DNA of 64,000 nucleotides from Nitrospinaceae bacterium (GTDB lineage Bacteria > Nitrospinota > Nitrospinia > Nitrospinales > Nitrospinaceae). Shown here piece after piece: positions 61,129-64,000 of this stretch (the stretch's first letter is position 1; each line of letters starts with the position of its first letter). The notes beneath the pieces were generated by a model. That model was not told where the DNA came from. It did not search any database and was given only the letters and a program-made list of their open reading frames with translations. The position numbers were made by a program, and so were the translations under genes. The stretch is from the NCBI GenBank assembly GCA_965223665.1, contig OZ245011.1, positions 672,001-736,000 on the forward strand, in the 5' to 3' direction.

Positions 61129-61554
61129 ATGAACGATCAATCACGATTTGTTGATAATGGCGATGGAACCATTCAGGATAATGAATCTGGGCTTGCCTGG
61201 TGTAAGAAAGATTCATTCCAAATAGAACAAGATTGGCTCACATTTCAAGAAGCCTTGGGTTTTATTGATAATCTTAACCGTCAAGATTATTTGGGATTCC
61301 ATGACTGGCGTATTCCGGAAAAAGAAGAAATCGAAAAATTATTTGGAGAAAATATGACTCTAAAGGCAAGGTCAAATCAAGACATTCATATTAGTCCTTT
61401 ATTTGAACCTGGCGGTGGGAATGGCTCTTGGTGTCTGCCTTTTGACCAGCAAGCTGCATTTTTCTTTAATTACCAAAGCGGAATTTCTCAAACCTTTGAT
61501 CAAGATTTTTCTCAAGGGTATGTCCGTCCAGTTCGGCTTTGGCCGGATGAATAA
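61129..61554 (+). CDS. DUF1566 (Lcl C-terminal-like) domain protein
   Basis: RFVDNGDGTIQD..SGLAW...GFHDWRIP...VRPVR. Confidence 0.88.
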   Translation: MNDQSRFVDNGDGTIQDNESGLAWCKKDSFQIEQDWLTFQEALGFIDNLNRQDYLGFHDWRIPEKEEIEKLFGENMTLKARSNQDIHISPLFEPGGGNGSWCLPFDQQAAFFFNYQSGISQTFDQDFSQGYVRPVRLWPDE

Positions 61555-61555
61555 A

Positions 61556-61978
61556 TTAGCTCTCTAAACGCTGGGATCTTTTAAAACAAGATTCGATTTT
61601 GGGTAGATTTTCGGGAGGCACGGCTAAAATTTGGATTAATGTTCCCTTTTCATCCTGCTCAATGGATGCAATTGTATAACGGGTTAATTCTGATTCTGAA
61701 ACTTCACCCATATACTGAGATAATCCTGAAAGCAGGCCCAACCATTCCAAGTAAAGAAAAAACTCATCTTCTGTATTAGCAGGTTGAACCTGGTCTATCA
61801 CCTGAGGAAATTCGAGGTTTAATATTTTAGAAATATTAACTCCCAAAATGAATTCCTTTAAGGATTTTTGTCCTGAAATATCCTTACCGCAGGTTATTTT
61901 AGAAAAATCAAAATCCAATAACCTGTCTTTGGAATCTATCCATATTTTCATTAAAGAGGAAGAATCTTTACAAGGCAT
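61556..61978 (-). CDS. Hypothetical protein
   Basis: 140-aa ORF with AAGGA SD downstream of nadC; no recognisable motif. Confidence 0.6.
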   Translation of the reverse strand: MPCKDSSSLMKIWIDSKDRLLDFDFSKITCGKDISGQKSLKEFILGVNISKILNLEFPQVIDQVQPANTEDEFFLYLEWLGLLSGLSQYMGEVSESELTRYTIASIEQDEKGTLIQILAVPPENLPKIESCFKRSQRLES

Positions 61979-62033
61979 TTTCTTTCCTTTTTGTAATCAA
62001 TTGTAATTATACCTCTCAAAGCCACGCAAATAT

Positions 62034-62876
62034 TTAAATTTTGATATTCATGGATATATCCACTGCCCGTGCAGAATGGGTTAAAGCTCCGACAGAAATA
62101 TAATCAATTCCTATTCCCGAATATTTCGATACATCATTTAGCCCTATGCTACCTGAAACCTCAATTTTTGCATTTTTATTTATTAAATTTACCGCCTCAC
62201 GAATCAATTCTAAATCCATGTTATCTAGCATAATGATATCAACTTTAGCATCAAGGGCTTCTTTAACTTCCTCTAGCGAACTAGTTTCTACTTCAATGAC
62301 ACCATTATAGGAAATATTTTTTTTCACATTTTCTACTGCTTGAGTTATTCCTCCCGAAATTTTAATATGATTATCCTTAATCAAAATCTGATCAAAAAGA
62401 CCGAATCGATGGTTTTTTGCTCCACCGCATTTAACTGCATATTTTTCAAAAATTCGTAACCCCGGGGTCGTTTTTCTTGTATCCAAAATTATTATTTCTT
62501 TAGCTTTTTTTACAAACTCTCTTGCCAATGTAGAAATACCACTTAACCTTTGCAAAATATTAAGAGCGGTTCTTTCCCCTGTTAGCAGGGCTTTGGCTTT
62601 TGCATTTATTGATAAAAAAACTGTACCCTGCAAAACAATGTCACCATCATTTATATTCGTATGTGAAAACTTTGACAAGGGATCTAATTTTTTAAAAACT
62701 TCTTTTATGATTTCTAACCCACACACAACCATTGTTTCTTTTGCAATTAGTTCTGCCTCAAAGACTAAGTCCTTTTGAACGGTTGCTTCTGTTGTAATAT
62801 CTCCTGATCCTAAATCCTCACCTAAAGAACATTGAATCAGGTCTTGAATCATTTCTTTATTTGGATGAACTTCCAT
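62034..62876 (-). CDS. nadC: Nicotinate-nucleotide pyrophosphorylase (quinolinate phosphoribosyltransferase)
   Basis: EDLGSGDITT, ERTALN, DTRKTTPG, HRFGL, IKDNH, LDN, SVGALTH. Confidence 0.97.
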   Translation of the reverse strand: MEVHPNKEMIQDLIQCSLGEDLGSGDITTEATVQKDLVFEAELIAKETMVVCGLEIIKEVFKKLDPLSKFSHTNINDGDIVLQGTVFLSINAKAKALLTGERTALNILQRLSGISTLAREFVKKAKEIIILDTRKTTPGLRIFEKYAVKCGGAKNHRFGLFDQILIKDNHIKISGGITQAVENVKKNISYNGVIEVETSSLEEVKEALDAKVDIIMLDNMDLELIREAVNLINKNAKIEVSGSIGLNDVSKYSGIGIDYISVGALTHSARAVDISMNIKI

Positions 62877-62946
62877 AATCCTTTAGAATAAAGTTTAGAA
62901 GTGTGATTAACGTAACATATCCTCGAGAATTTTCTACGGAAATTTT

Positions 62947-64000
62947 ATGAGCAATCCTTCCAATAAAAAGCGGGCCCAAGATCGAATTGATCGAATTCAT
63001 AGTTTCCGGATGGAATTAGCAGCACTTTCAGAAGAAGGAATATTTAATCTATCCTCTAAAGATAAAGAAAATATAGCTGATTATCATTCCAGTTTAATTA
63101 CCAAATTTAGCAATCAGTTTGATACCGATTCAACAGATACAGAGAAAAAAATGTCTCTAGGCATGCGTATTTTAACTTTCTTAGGGGGTTTAGCATTATG
63201 CGCTAGTATCTTTTTCTTTTTCTATCAAATTTGGGGTCACATTTCTACAAATATACAAATTACCATATTAATCCTTGCTCCAATTGTTTCATTGGTTTTA
63301 ATGGATTGGGCGGCTCGATTAGAACAAACTTTATACTATGCCACTTTATTGGCTCTATTGGCTTTCGTGTGTTTTGTATTAAACCTTCATGTGTTGGGAC
63401 AAATTTTTAACATTGCACCTTCCCAAAATGCATTTTTGATATGGGGAGTATTTGGGATCTTTATTGCTTATTATTTAGGGTTAAAACTTCTTTTGGTTGC
63501 TGGATTACTTTGCATTTTGGGATATATTTCTGCGACTGTTGGGGTTTGGTCTGGTTTATATTGGCTTTCATTTGGAGAACGACCGGAAAATTTCTTAATT
63601 GCTGGATTCTTAATTTTGTTAATTCCCATAATTTTCAAACATCGAATCTATTTTGATTTTCCTTGGATTTATCATTTAGTAGGCTTATTATCAATTTTTA
63701 TTTCTGTGTTGATATTATCTAATTGGGGAGGAGGGAGTTACCTGTTATTCGATTCATCAAATATTGAAATATTTTATCAGACGTTAGGTTTTTTTCTTAG
63801 TGCTTCGGTGGCTGGATTAGGAATTCGATTTAAACAAAATGGTGTCATCAATATAGGTGTAACTTTTTTTACAATCTTTTTATACACAAAGTTCTTTGAC
63901 TGGTGGTGGGACCTCCTCCCTAAATATCTTTTCTTTTTGGTTGTTAGTGGAGTTTCAATAGGATTACTTACATTGTTCAAAACATTAAGAAAATCTTTGA
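62947..64000 (+). CDS. DUF2157-like polytopic membrane protein, runs off the window end (absent from the ORF track)
   Basis: Frame from ATG 62947 (MSNPSNKKRAQDRIDRI...MRILTFLGGLALCASIFF) is the same frame as the KFFDWWWDLLPKYLFFL segment near the end, and is still open at 64000. Confidence 0.75.
   Translation, partial: MSNPSNKKRAQDRIDRIHSFRMELAALSEEGIFNLSSKDKENIADYHSSLITKFSNQFDTDSTDTEKKMSLGMRILTFLGGLALCASIFFFFYQIWGHISTNIQITILILAPIVSLVLMDWAARLEQTLYYATLLALLAFVCFVLNLHVLGQIFNIAPSQNAFLIWGVFGIFIAYYLGLKLLLVAGLLCILGYISATVGVWSGLYWLSFGERPENFLIAGFLILLIPIIFKHRIYFDFPWIYHLVGLLSIFISVLILSNWGGGSYLLFDSSNIEIFYQTLGFFLSASVAGLGIRFKQNGVINIGVTFFTIFLYTKFFDWWWDLLPKYLFFLVVSGVSIGLLTLFKTLRKSL

Overview
A gene-dense, AT-rich bacterial chromosome segment of about 65 CDS. 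I found no rRNA, tRNA, CRISPR array, IS element or prophage. Gene content and family mix (FGE-sulfatase and DUF1566 proteins, large HPr-domain protein, pyrR-pyrB-pyrC-carA-X-carB, dispersed flagellar genes) suggest a Nitrospinota/deltaproteobacteria-like organism; this is an inference. Core content covers pyrimidine, biotin, pABA, NAD and CoA genes, a MacAB-TolC-type exporter, a split transketolase, two lytic transglycosylases, scattered flagellar genes (fliL, fliK-like, flhB-like, flgT-like, maf, flagellin, flgM), tatA and a DUF1538x2-PII-CBS operon. Non-coding signals read directly from the sequence: a 28-bp dif-like site at 48379-48406 with KOPS-like octamers switching strand around it (probable replication terminus); a complete PyrR attenuator that also holds an unannotated 27-aa leader ORF running through the terminator; a candidate ~70-nt anti-Shine-Dalgarno small RNA with a near-consensus sigma70 promoter, divergent from flagellin; and CsrA-type GGA sites in the flagellin leader. 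The most unusual protein is a DUF429 (RNase H-fold) nuclease-like domain fused to a GAF-histidine kinase, sitting inside the biotin cluster.
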